Origin: a bacterium
GTDB taxonomy: Bacteria > Bacillota > Clostridia > Oscillospirales > Oscillospiraceae
NCBI GenBank assembly: GCA_963625685.1
Contig: CAVFTR010000010.1
Coordinates: 1,710 to 65,709 of the forward strand
Direction of reading: 5' to 3'
DNA length: 64,000 bases
Shown in pieces: positions 27,898 to 36,809 of the stretch (positions are counted from its first letter, which is position 1; every line of letters starts with the position of its first letter). Both the position numbers and the translations under genes were made by a program. Below the pieces are notes generated by a model, which saw only the letters and a list, made by a program, of their open reading frames with translations, did not search any database and had not been told where the DNA came from.

Positions 27898-29238
27898 CTA
27901 TTCCCAGAATTTTTTGCCGCCGAGCCTTTTTACGAGCCTCGCTCTGAGCTCCAGCATGGCGGTGTAGGTCGGCAGGATGAAGATGCTGTTCTCCTCATCC
28001 AGCAGGTATTTTATAAGTTTATCATAATTCTTGCAGAATTTACAGGGTATTTTTTCGCGCGCGAGCCTTTTTCCCGCAGCGTCGGCGCGGTCGCCGCAGA
28101 CATAGGCGCGCTTTACGCTGCCGCGGCGGGAGAGCATGCCGAAATCCGCCTCGTCGAGCCAGGAGATATCCGTCCCGTCGGCCGTGCGGTCGTTTATCGC
28201 AAGTACGAGCGTCTTATCGCCCTTTTCGCGGCAGAGCTCGCCTATCGTCTGGTCCGCGGCGGCCGTGTTTTTTATGAGTATCATCCTCGCGCCGCATCTG
28301 CCGAGCGGGAAGCGCTCCATCCTGCCGAAGCCGCAGTCAAAGCTGCGCGCGGCGTCCGCCGCCTCTGCAAGCGATATCCCGTCCGTCACCGCGGCGGCGG
28401 CAGCTCCCGCTGCGTTATAGACGTTGTATAGCCCCGGGAGCGCCGGAGCGCACAGCGCTTTCTCGTCTCCCCTGCGCAGGACGAAGCTCCCGTCGGGCAG
28501 CACGCCCCCGGCGGCGATATCGGGCCGTGAGCGCGCAAAGCCGCAGGAGCAGGAAAAGCTGCCGAGGCTCGCGTAGCTCAGGCCGCCGTAAACGAGCCTG
28601 CCGCCGCAGACCGGACAGCTATCGTCCTCGCCGCTGCCGACGCGCTGTCTTTTGTGCTCGGACAGGCCGTAGTACACGGTCTCGTTCTGACACAGGCGCG
28701 CTATGCTCGCCGCCATGGGGCAGTCGGCGTTTATGACCGCCGTCGTTTCCGGAGACGAGCGCAGGCCCTCGGCTATGCAGTCGCGGGGCCTCGCGAGCGT
28801 GCCGTAGCGGTCGAGCTGATCGCGGAAGAGGTTCGTCACGAGCAGCACTCGCGGCCTCATTCCGCCCAGCGCGAGCCGGCACGCGGCCTCGTCGCACTCA
28901 ATGACGGCGCTTTCGCATTTAACGCCGCCTGTAAGCCTGAGGTTTGATATGAGCGCCGCCGTCACGCCCGGCAGGAGATTTGCGCCCGAGCGGTTTGCGC
29001 ACACGCTTTTGCCCGCGTTTTGCAGCGCGCGCTCTATCATGCGGCACGAGGTCGTTTTGCCGTTTGTACCCGTGACGGCGATGATATCGACGTCTTTCGC
29101 GGCAAACGCCAAGATGCCGGGGCATATCCTCAGCGCCAGCGCGCCGGGGAGCGAGGTCGCGCCGAGGCCAAAAAGGCGCAACAAGCAGTGCGTGGCCTTA
29201 CAGACCACGCACGCAAAAAATATCATGAGCTTTTTCAA
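27898..29238 (-). CDS. murT: Mur-ligase-family protein MurT (lipid II isoglutaminyl synthase subunit)
   Basis: 446 aa with the Mur ligase P-loop AVTGTNGKTT, the MurT-type Cys-rich ribbon CPVCGG...CSCG and a DUF1727-like C-terminus. Its TTG start abuts the glmS stop. Confidence 0.8.
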   Translation of the reverse strand: MKKLMIFFACVVCKATHCLLRLFGLGATSLPGALALRICPGILAFAAKDVDIIAVTGTNGKTTSCRMIERALQNAGKSVCANRSGANLLPGVTAALISNLRLTGGVKCESAVIECDEAACRLALGGMRPRVLLVTNLFRDQLDRYGTLARPRDCIAEGLRSSPETTAVINADCPMAASIARLCQNETVYYGLSEHKRQRVGSGEDDSCPVCGGRLVYGGLSYASLGSFSCSCGFARSRPDIAAGGVLPDGSFVLRRGDEKALCAPALPGLYNVYNAAGAAAAAVTDGISLAEAADAARSFDCGFGRMERFPLGRCGARMILIKNTAAADQTIGELCREKGDKTLVLAINDRTADGTDISWLDEADFGMLSRRGSVKRAYVCGDRADAAGKRLAREKIPCKFCKNYDKLIKYLLDEENSIFILPTYTAMLELRARLVKRLGGKKFWE

Positions 29239-31077
29239 TTATTCGACAGTCACCGACTTTGCAAGATTTCTGGGCTTATCGATATCGCAGCCGCGCAGCA
29301 GCGCAACATAGTACGCGAAAAGCTGGAGCGGCACAACGCCCAGAGAAGGCTGAAGTATCGTGTGTGTCTCGGGAACGGCCATGACGTTCTCCACGGTCTT
29401 TTTCATCTCGGAAACATTGTTCTCGGTCGTGAGCGCGAGTACGTCCGCGCCGCGGGCCTGCACCTCGACGACATTGCTCATCGCCTTGTCGAAAAGCGGC
29501 TCGTAGGTGCACAGAGCGATGACGAGCGTCCCGTCCTCTATCAGCGATATGGTGCCGTGCTTGAGCTCGCCCGAGGCGTAGGCCTCGGAGTGGATGTAGG
29601 ATATCTCCTTGAGCTTCAGCGAGCCCTCGAGCCCCATGGCGTAGTCGAGGTTGCGGCCGATGAAGAACACGGAGCTGTGGTTGAAGTAGTTCGACGCGAA
29701 GTGCTTGATATCCTCTATATTCTCAAGCATCTGCTCCATCTTGCCGGGCAGGCGCAGGATCTCCTCTATGATCTCCTCGTACTGCTTCTGGCTGACCGTG
29801 CCGAGCGCGTCGGCAAAGCAGAGCCCCAGCATATCCAGCAGCACGAGCTGGGTGCTGTAGGCCTTGGTCGTCGCAACGGCGATCTCGGGCCCGGCCCAGG
29901 TGTAGAGCACATCGTCCGACTCCCTGGCTATGGAGCTGCCGACGACGTTGACTATCGAGAGTATATGCGCGCCTCTGGCCTTGGCCTCGCGCAGCGCCGC
30001 CATCGTGTCGAGCGTTTCGCCCGACTGGCTGATGACGATGACAAGGCTCTTATCGTCGACGAGCGGGTCACAGTAGCGGAATTCCGAGGCGAGGCAGACC
30101 TCGACCGGCTTGCGCATGAGTCGCTCGAGATTATACTTGCCCACCACACCGACATGATATGACGAGCCGCAGGCGATTATGAATATGCGGCTGACGTCCT
30201 TTATCTGCTCAGCGTCGAATTTGAGGTCGTCGAACACTATGCGGTTATCGCGTATGCGGCTGAAGGCCGTCTTTCGGATCGCCTCGGGCTGCTCCATTAT
30301 CTCCTTGAGCATGAAGTGGGCGTAGCCGCCCTTTTCAGCCGCGGAGACGTCCCAGTCTATCGTGTGGTGCTCCTTTTCGATGGGCTGCTCCATGGCGTTG
30401 TAAAAGCGCACGCCGTCGGCCGACACGACGGCTACCTCGCCGTCCTCCATGTACGATACGTCGCGCGTGTGCTTTATGATGGCCGTCACGTCGCTGGCTA
30501 TGTAATTGCTGCCCTCGCCGTAGCCGATGAGCAGCGGCGCGTCCTTGCGCGCTGCGATGAAGTGCTCCGGCTCGTCGACGCAGAGTATGCCCAGAGCATA
30601 CGCGCCCTCGATGCGGCGCAGCACGCGGAACACGGCCTCGAGCGCGTTGCCGCACTCGGCGTAATAAAACGCCGTGAGCTGCGTCACGACCTCGGTATCC
30701 GTCTCGGATATGAAGGTATAGCCCTGGGAGAGGAGAAAATCGCGCAGCTCGACATAGTTTTCGATTATGCCGTTGTGGACGAGCGCTATCTTCCCGTCGC
30801 CGCTCAGATGGGGGTGGGCGTTTATGTCGTTGGGCTCGCCGTGCGTTGCCCAGCGCGTGTGGCCGATGCCGATGCAGCCCTCGATGCTCCCGCCGCCCTG
30901 GATCATATCGCGCAGCACCTTGAGGCGGCCCTTGGATTTTTTGAGCTGAAGCTTCCTTTCGGAGGACAGGACCGCGATGCCGGCCGAGTCATAGCCGCGG
31001 TATTCCAGTCTTTCCAGACCGTCGAGCAGTATGGGGACCGCCTGCTCGCTTCCTACAAAGCCAACTATTCCGCACAT
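29239..31077 (-). CDS. glmS: glutamine--fructose-6-phosphate aminotransferase
   Basis: ORF track 29239..31101. The true start is the ATG at 31077, giving the obligatory N-terminal MCGIVG. Two SIS domains. C-terminal KSVTVE. Confidence 0.95.
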   Translation of the reverse strand: MCGIVGFVGSEQAVPILLDGLERLEYRGYDSAGIAVLSSERKLQLKKSKGRLKVLRDMIQGGGSIEGCIGIGHTRWATHGEPNDINAHPHLSGDGKIALVHNGIIENYVELRDFLLSQGYTFISETDTEVVTQLTAFYYAECGNALEAVFRVLRRIEGAYALGILCVDEPEHFIAARKDAPLLIGYGEGSNYIASDVTAIIKHTRDVSYMEDGEVAVVSADGVRFYNAMEQPIEKEHHTIDWDVSAAEKGGYAHFMLKEIMEQPEAIRKTAFSRIRDNRIVFDDLKFDAEQIKDVSRIFIIACGSSYHVGVVGKYNLERLMRKPVEVCLASEFRYCDPLVDDKSLVIVISQSGETLDTMAALREAKARGAHILSIVNVVGSSIARESDDVLYTWAGPEIAVATTKAYSTQLVLLDMLGLCFADALGTVSQKQYEEIIEEILRLPGKMEQMLENIEDIKHFASNYFNHSSVFFIGRNLDYAMGLEGSLKLKEISYIHSEAYASGELKHGTISLIEDGTLVIALCTYEPLFDKAMSNVVEVQARGADVLALTTENNVSEMKKTVENVMAVPETHTILQPSLGVVPLQLFAYYVALLRGCDIDKPRNLAKSVTVE

Positions 31078-31149
31078 AAGCATAATTTCCTTTCGGATCA
31101 ATATTTCGTTCTATTGATCAGCATTATACCAGTTTATGTCCGCATTTGC

Positions 31150-31186
31150 AAGAAAGCAGGCCGCCGAAGAGCCCCGGCGGCCTGCC
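31150..31186 (-). terminator. terminator downstream of azlD
   Basis: On the minus strand, GCAGGCCGCCGG-loop-CGGCGGCCTGC is followed by TTTCTT. Confidence 0.55.
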
Positions 31187-31200
31187 AATTTTGTAAACTT

Positions 31201-31533
31201 TTAAAAAACGAGCTGCACGAGCAGCATGTAAACGAGCGTTCCGCCGCCGACCGACAGCAGCAGGCTTTCCTTCCATTCGTAGCTCAAAACGACGAAAAGC
31301 GCCGCAATGAGCTCCGGAACGCCGTGCGAGCCGGTGAAAACGGGCGTATTTTTAAAGCAGTAGACCACCAGCAGGCCCATGAGCGCCGGCGGCAGCACGC
31401 GCCCGAGATATTTTATAAACTCCGGGGTCTCCCTCTTCCCCGAGAAGGCCAGAAACGGCAGCCAGCGCGATATCTGCGTGCCGGCCGTTATGGCGAGGAT
31501 GATCACGAGCGTCTGAATAACATTTAGCCTCAC
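31201..31533 (-). CDS. azlD: branched-chain amino acid exporter small subunit AzlD
   Basis: 110 aa with 3-4 TM helices. 4-nt overlap with azlC upstream. Confidence 0.8.
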   Translation of the reverse strand: MRLNVIQTLVIILAITAGTQISRWLPFLAFSGKRETPEFIKYLGRVLPPALMGLLVVYCFKNTPVFTGSHGVPELIAALFVVLSYEWKESLLLSVGGGTLVYMLLVQLVF

Positions 31534-32228
31534 AGTCTGTTCCTCCCCAGCCAGAAAATAAGCAGCAGCGCGATGAGCGCCGGAATGAGAAACACCGTCG
31601 GACCGAAGATAATGCGCGCCGCGAGAGTAACGGCGACGCCGATAAGGCAGGCCGGGCGCTTGTCCCTATCCTTCCACTGCTGGAGGAAGAACACTATAAA
31701 CAGCGCGTTGAGCGCAAAATCAAGGCCCGTCGTGTCGAAGCTTATCAGTTTGCCGAGCATGCCGCCGGCGGCTGTGAGGACGGCCCAGTAGATATACAGC
31801 AGCAGGGTCTGTCCGAAGTAAAAATAGCGCCGCTCCATGCCCTCGGGGGCGTCGGTCGCAACGGCCAGCGTGAAGGGCTCGTCGGCCAGCGCGTAGACGA
31901 GAAAGGGCTTGAACGGCTGCGTGTCCTTATATTTTTCAAGCAGCGCCAGACCGTAAAAGGTGTGCCGGAAATTGACGAAATAGCTCATCACGAGCATCTG
32001 CACGGGGTCAAAGCCCGCCGCCATCATCGGCACCGCCACTATCTGCATGCCGCCGCAGAAGCATATGAGCGAAAACAGCATCGTCCACAGCGGCCCGTAG
32101 CCGGCCTCCTCCATCAGAACGCCGTAGGTCAGAGCGACGAATATCCAGCCGAAGAATATCGGCACGGTGGACGGGAACGCGGCCCTTATCCCTCGCAGTA
32201 TCTCTTTTATCTCCGTTTTTTTCTTCAT
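31530..32228 (-). CDS. azlC: AzlC-family branched-chain amino acid exporter
   Basis: 232 aa, polytopic, with the classic azlC-azlD pairing. Confidence 0.85.
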   Translation of the reverse strand: MKKKTEIKEILRGIRAAFPSTVPIFFGWIFVALTYGVLMEEAGYGPLWTMLFSLICFCGGMQIVAVPMMAAGFDPVQMLVMSYFVNFRHTFYGLALLEKYKDTQPFKPFLVYALADEPFTLAVATDAPEGMERRYFYFGQTLLLYIYWAVLTAAGGMLGKLISFDTTGLDFALNALFIVFFLQQWKDRDKRPACLIGVAVTLAARIIFGPTVFLIPALIALLLIFWLGRNRL

Positions 32229-32230
32229 GA

Positions 32231-32262
32231 TTTTAAAAAGGCGCAGTCATTATGACTGCGCC
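32231..32262 (-). terminator. rho-independent terminator of secG
   Basis: On the minus strand, GGCGCAGTCA-TAA-TGACTGCGCC is followed by TTTTTAAAA. Confidence 0.7.
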
Positions 32263-32281
32263 ATGCCTTTTTTATATGTTA

Positions 32282-32518
32282 TCAGATGAGGTTCAGGACG
32301 AGCGTGAGGACGACGAAGACGATCGCGAACCACTTGGTGGCCTTTGCGAGCTTTGCATCCAGAGACTTCGCCTTGCCCTTGCTCAGGAAGGTCTCCGCGC
32401 CGCCGGCGATAGCGCCGGAAAGGCCCGCGCTCTTGCCGCTCTGAAGAAGAACGACGACGGTGACGGCCAGGCCGGACAGGAGCTGGAGGATGGTGAGAAC
32501 AATTTTAACAGCGTTCAT
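32282..32518 (-). CDS. secG: preprotein translocase subunit SecG
   Basis: 78 aa with two TM helices flanking LLQSGKSAGLSGAIAGG. Confidence 0.9.
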   Translation of the reverse strand: MNAVKIVLTILQLLSGLAVTVVVLLQSGKSAGLSGAIAGGAETFLSKGKAKSLDAKLAKATKWFAIVFVVLTLVLNLI

Positions 32519-32608
32519 TTATATTCGATCCTTTCGATTTTGTCGTATTAGCCTATATACTATAACATAGTGATTTTTAAATTACAAGAAAAATTTACGC
32601 CAATTTTT

Positions 32609-33922
32609 TCACCAGACCTGCCAGCGGAGCAGAAAGGCGGTGAAATACGCGGTAAAGGCCGCCGCGGAGAGCGCGAGCAGCGCTGTCTCCGCGCGCTTAT
32701 CTTCGCTCAGCAGCGCCAGGGCCGCCGGGAGCGCGAAGACCGCCGCGAGATATCTCGGCGCGCTCAGAAGCCAGGTCGCGCCGACCGTGACGGCAAAGCA
32801 GGCGATAAAATACGCCGTGTACGACGCGCGAAGCCGCTTTGCGGCGAGTATCATGACGCACAGCGCGCAAAGCTGCGCCAGCAGATTCGGCAGCCACAGT
32901 CCCCAGAGCAGCGCGGCGCTGCCTTTTGCCGCGGAGAGGGCGTTTTCGGTCTGATACGCGGCGGTGCCGAAAAACCAGCCGAGCTGCTGATACCAGTGCT
33001 CGCGCTGATACTCCATGAACTTGAAGGCGTCGCCCGCGACGGCGTAATTGATAAGGCAGTAGGCCGCAAAGCCGAGCGGCGCCGCGATAAGCGTCAGGTA
33101 CTCCCTCGCCCTTGCGCGCCTGTGCGTTAGCTCAAGGAGCAGCGGCACGACGAGCAGCAGGCCCGGCGAGCGCGTGAAGGCCGCGTATGCGCCCGCAAGA
33201 CTGCCGGAGACGAGCCTGCCGCGCCGGATGAGATACAGGCTCGACAGGGTACACAGCATGAAAAGGCTCTCCGACATGGGGGCGGCGAAGAAAAAGGCCG
33301 CGGGGCAGAGCGCGAAAAAGCGCACGGCGCGCAGGGCTGTATCGTCCGGCATATCGAGGCGCAGGAGCTTATAGAGCATGACGCCGGAGCCGGCAAAGCA
33401 CAGTGCGGAGACCAGAAGCCCCGCGGCGAGCTCGTTTTCGACAAAATTCGACACAAGGCGCACCGCGACGGGGTAGCCCGGCAGGAAAACGAGCTGCACG
33501 AGCCTGTCCACGGAGCCCTCGGAGAGGTACCAGTCGCGGGCGATATCCATGTAATGCTGACTGTCGGTGCACAGCCAGAAGCTTATATAGCCGCCGGGAG
33601 ACTCGTCATAGCCGAGAAGGGCGCGCAGCGCATAGCCGAGGGCGAGGATGCCCGCGTCCCATATGAGGATGAGCGTGAATATCCTTGCGCACAGGCTGCC
33701 GTCTGCCGCTTCGAGCGTCTCGGGCGCGCCCTTCCGCAGAAAGGCGCACAGCGGGGAGACAAAGCGCAGGCACAGCGCGAGCATGAGCCCCGCGCTGAGC
33801 ACAGCCGCGAGATAGCCCGCTGCGGAATAGCTGCTGTGCGCGCACCAGAGGGCGAACACCGCCGCCAGCGCCGCCGTTCCGAGGGCGGCTATGAGCTTTT
33901 CGGGAAAGGCGTCGTTTATCAT
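32609..33922 (-). CDS. polytopic membrane protein, GT-C-fold glycosyltransferase-like (PIG-V/PMT_2-like)
   Basis: 437 aa with at least 10 TM helices. A DSQHYMDIARDWY-type loop follows TM helices as in GT-C mannosyltransferase-like proteins. ATGA overlap with the upstream RM gene's stop. The functional call is tentative. Confidence 0.5.
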   Translation of the reverse strand: MINDAFPEKLIAALGTAALAAVFALWCAHSSYSAAGYLAAVLSAGLMLALCLRFVSPLCAFLRKGAPETLEAADGSLCARIFTLILIWDAGILALGYALRALLGYDESPGGYISFWLCTDSQHYMDIARDWYLSEGSVDRLVQLVFLPGYPVAVRLVSNFVENELAAGLLVSALCFAGSGVMLYKLLRLDMPDDTALRAVRFFALCPAAFFFAAPMSESLFMLCTLSSLYLIRRGRLVSGSLAGAYAAFTRSPGLLLVVPLLLELTHRRARAREYLTLIAAPLGFAAYCLINYAVAGDAFKFMEYQREHWYQQLGWFFGTAAYQTENALSAAKGSAALLWGLWLPNLLAQLCALCVMILAAKRLRASYTAYFIACFAVTVGATWLLSAPRYLAAVFALPAALALLSEDKRAETALLALSAAAFTAYFTAFLLRWQVW

Positions 33923-34945
33923 GTGGCTGCGCCGTCCTCCGTCATCTGTTTATATAATTTCATGAGCTCGGCAACGCATTTGCTTTCGGTCGTATCCCTG
34001 ACCGAAAAGCCGTAGGCCTGCATGACCGCCTTGTCGTTTTGCTGGTGGGCCCGCCGCAGCTCCGGCGGCATGGTGACCTCGTCGTAGAGGTCGGCGAGGC
34101 TGCACTCGGGATACAGCGCTCTCGCGTCAAGTATCGCCTGCGCGGTCTGCTCTATCCTTGCTTTCTGCTCCTCCGTCGGCGACGGCCAGGGGAAATTGTT
34201 GTAGACGATATCTTTTGAATATTGGTAACGCATTTCAAGTCTGCCGCAGACCGCCCTCATCCAAGCATTATGAACATTAGATGACAGTATGCCAAAATCG
34301 AACAGGGTAGCATTAGGGATTATAAGAGCACTTCCATTAACAATAATGTCCGGCTCAACATAACAAATGGGAATATATCTGCGATTTTCAGATGAAACTT
34401 TCGGAATTGCAATCATAGGCGTATTTGGCTGTCTAATCTCTCCAAAAATTGCAGGCGTATCTGCAAGCGCCAATGTTTGTGGTCTCTTGCTTGATTTTCT
34501 AAACTCAGCCACTTTTTTGATTCGCTCGACAACGAATCGTGATTGTTTTATTTCTTTGGGAGATTTTCCACCAAGCCAAAGGCACCATCTTTCCTTAGAT
34601 TGAAGCAACTCCGCGCCGCCAGCATATCGACGGACAAATTTAATGTTCTCTGGATTTTCTTTTAAAAGTTCTTCCAGCGCTTCTTTATCTAAAATCAAGT
34701 GTCCATCATCTATAGGCATGCTTCCATAATAAATAGGAAGCACATCACAAATCGGTCTGCTTCGATTTGCAATCAACACCGATGGTGCATCGACAAGATA
34801 CGGATTTATATTGTCGGCATTAACAACTCTGTCAGACGTAAAAATTCTTTTGGGAATACCGTTATTTCCAACGCTAAAGCCAACAATAACACAATGAACA
34901 TGCGCCTTTTCGCTGGCCTCGCTGTCCCAGCGGAAGGTGCGGTGG
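33919..34945 (-). CDS. MmeI-family type IIL restriction-modification enzyme, C-terminal fragment (TRD plus C-terminal domain), out of frame with the N-terminal fragment
   Basis: ORF track gives 33919..34779, but the frame stays open upstream to about 34962. From 34944 it reads HRTFRWDSEASEKAHVHCVIVGF...NINPYL...RWCLWL...SSENRRYIPI...RLEMRYQYS...NNFPWP. I recognise these as MmeI-family C-terminal blocks. Confidence 0.8.
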
Positions 34946-36707
34946 CAAAGTCGATGTGTACATTAACTGAATATAGCTGTCGCCAAAGAATAGGAACCTG
35001 CTCACCTTGTGTAATAGAGTTTGTTGACACAAAAGCTGCACAAATAGAAGTATTTTGCATCAACATAGCAGCTTTCATGTACCATCCTGTCACATAATCA
35101 AGGTTGCCTACTCCTTTGGCTTTCTTATCGAACAAAGCCATCAGCTCCGCTTTTTGCTCTTTCGTCTGTTCCTTCTTTCCCACGAACGGCGGGTTGCCCA
35201 TGATGTACGACAGCCCGGCCTTGGGCACGACGCTCTCCCAGTCCATGCGCAGAGCGTTGCCCTCGACGATGTTGGCGTTGGTTTTCAGCGGCAGGAAGTC
35301 GAGCTGCATGAGCACGATGCTCTCGGTCTCCTTCATCATCTGGCTCTCCGCTATCCACAGCGCCGTCTTCGCGACGGTAACGGCAAAGTCGTTTATCTCT
35401 ATGCCGTGAAACTGCCGGATGGAGACCTGGATGGGGCTCCAGTCCGAGTCGCCGAATACTATCTGGTCGTGCTGAAGCTCGCGCAGGACGTCGTTTTCTA
35501 TCCTGCGCAGGCTGATATAGGTCTCGGTCAGGAAGTTGCCCGAGCCGCAGGCGGGGTCTAAAAACGACAGCGAGGCCAGCTTCCTCTGAAAGGCCTTCAA
35601 GCGGCTCTCGCGCGTTTTCGCGACCGCGACGGCGCATATATCGTCAAGCTCCGCCCTCAGAGAGTCGAGGAAAAGCGGGTCGATGACCTTGTGGATGTTC
35701 TCTATCGAGGTGTAGTGCATGCCGCCGCTGCGCCGCGTCTCGGGGTTTAGGGTGCTTTCAAACACCGCGCCGAAGATGGTGGGGCTTATCTCCGACCAGT
35801 CGAAGCCGTCGCTCGCGCGGCTGAGCAGCAGCTCGCGTATATCGTCGGTGAAGGGCGGTATCTCGATGTCCTCGTCGGCGAACAGGCCGCCGTTCACATA
35901 GGGAAAGGCCGCAAGCTCCGGCGAATCGTCCCTGAGATAGGGGTCGCGCTCGGAAACGGGCGTGTCGAGCGTTCTGAACAGCTCGATGAGCGCACGGCGC
36001 AGCCGCCGCGCGTCAAACTGCGCGAGATAGTCGTGGAACATGCCGTGGCGGCCGAAGACCTCCGCGTCCTCGGCATAAAGGCAGAAAACAAGGCGCACGC
36101 ACAGCACGTTCAGGCTCTTCATCGCGCGCTCGCTCTCAGGGTCCGCGTACTGCGCGGCCAGCGCGTCGTATAAAAGCCCGACTATCCGGCCCGCGGCAAT
36201 GGATACCTCCATCTCGCGCTTTAAATGCTCGCTGCCGCTGTCGACCAGAAATTGCAGGCGGTAGTACTCGCGCTCCAGGTCCTCGAGCCGTATCTCCTCC
36301 GGCTCGCCGCCGGGGCGCTCCATGTCGTAGACGTGGAAGGTGCTGAAGTTGCAGGTCACGACCCAGCGCGGATGCTGCGACAGCGGCAGCTCCGTTATGT
36401 AGCGCTTTGCCTGCTGGAATGGGTTTAGCATCGAGCCGTCCGACTGGCGTATCGGCTTTTTGAGGTCCTTGCCCAGCCCCTTCTGCTCGATGAGCACCTT
36501 CGTCGAGGGTATCGAGCCGTCGATGAAGCTCGTGTGGTCAAGGTGTACCTGCTCCTCAAAGGAGATGAACTGCTCGGGGTGCTCCACGCCGTATACGTCG
36601 CGCAGCAGCGACAGCCAGAACGCCTGGCTCTCGCCCTTCTCGTAGCCCTTTCCCCTCCAGTATTCCGCAAAGCGCTTCGCCGCTTCCTGCTGCCTTACAT
36701 TGTTCAT
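34806..36707 (-). CDS. MmeI-family type IIL restriction-modification enzyme, N-terminal fragment (PD-ExK nuclease plus gamma-class N6A methyltransferase), terminated by a frameshift
   Basis: 633-aa ORF. Nuclease motif FIDGSIPSTKVLIEQKG (D-x9-E-x-K). SAM motif FLDPACGSGNF. Catalytic NPPF (GNPPFVG). After ...HIDFA the translation becomes nonsense until the stop at 34806. Confidence 0.85.
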   Translation of the reverse strand: MNNVRQQEAAKRFAEYWRGKGYEKGESQAFWLSLLRDVYGVEHPEQFISFEEQVHLDHTSFIDGSIPSTKVLIEQKGLGKDLKKPIRQSDGSMLNPFQQAKRYITELPLSQHPRWVVTCNFSTFHVYDMERPGGEPEEIRLEDLEREYYRLQFLVDSGSEHLKREMEVSIAAGRIVGLLYDALAAQYADPESERAMKSLNVLCVRLVFCLYAEDAEVFGRHGMFHDYLAQFDARRLRRALIELFRTLDTPVSERDPYLRDDSPELAAFPYVNGGLFADEDIEIPPFTDDIRELLLSRASDGFDWSEISPTIFGAVFESTLNPETRRSGGMHYTSIENIHKVIDPLFLDSLRAELDDICAVAVAKTRESRLKAFQRKLASLSFLDPACGSGNFLTETYISLRRIENDVLRELQHDQIVFGDSDWSPIQVSIRQFHGIEINDFAVTVAKTALWIAESQMMKETESIVLMQLDFLPLKTNANIVEGNALRMDWESVVPKAGLSYIMGNPPFVGKKEQTKEQKAELMALFDKKAKGVGNLDYVTGWYMKAAMLMQNTSICAAFVSTNSITQGEQVPILWRQLYSVNVHIDFATAPSAGTARPAKRRMFIVLLLALALEITVFPKEFLRLTELLMPTI

Positions 36708-36736
36708 GCTCCACCTCGTGCCTCGTCATTTTTTCC

Positions 36737-36765
36737 ATGATACCATGATATCCCGCCTTTTTCAA
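36737..36765 (-). promoter_or_regulatory. promoter candidate of the MmeI-family gene
   Basis: On the minus strand, TTGAAA (36765-36760), 17-nt spacer, TATCAT (36742-36737) with TG 1 nt upstream. RBS GAGGTGGAG precedes the ATG at 36707. Confidence 0.45.
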
Positions 36766-36768
36766 CGC

Positions 36769-36802
36769 AAAAACAGGGCGGCCGCGGCCGCCCTGTTTTT
36801 TT
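36769..36802. terminator. bidirectional rho-independent terminator
   Basis: AAAAACAGGGCGGC-CGCG-GCCGCCCTGTTTTTTT. Confidence 0.75.
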
Positions 36803-36809
36803 GCTCCGT

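Noticed and set aside
31078-31200. Looked for a glmS ribozyme upstream of glmS.
   Set aside because: Only about 120 nt separate glmS from azlD, and this space is largely occupied by the azlD terminator. None of the conserved glmS ribozyme core segments I remember are present.
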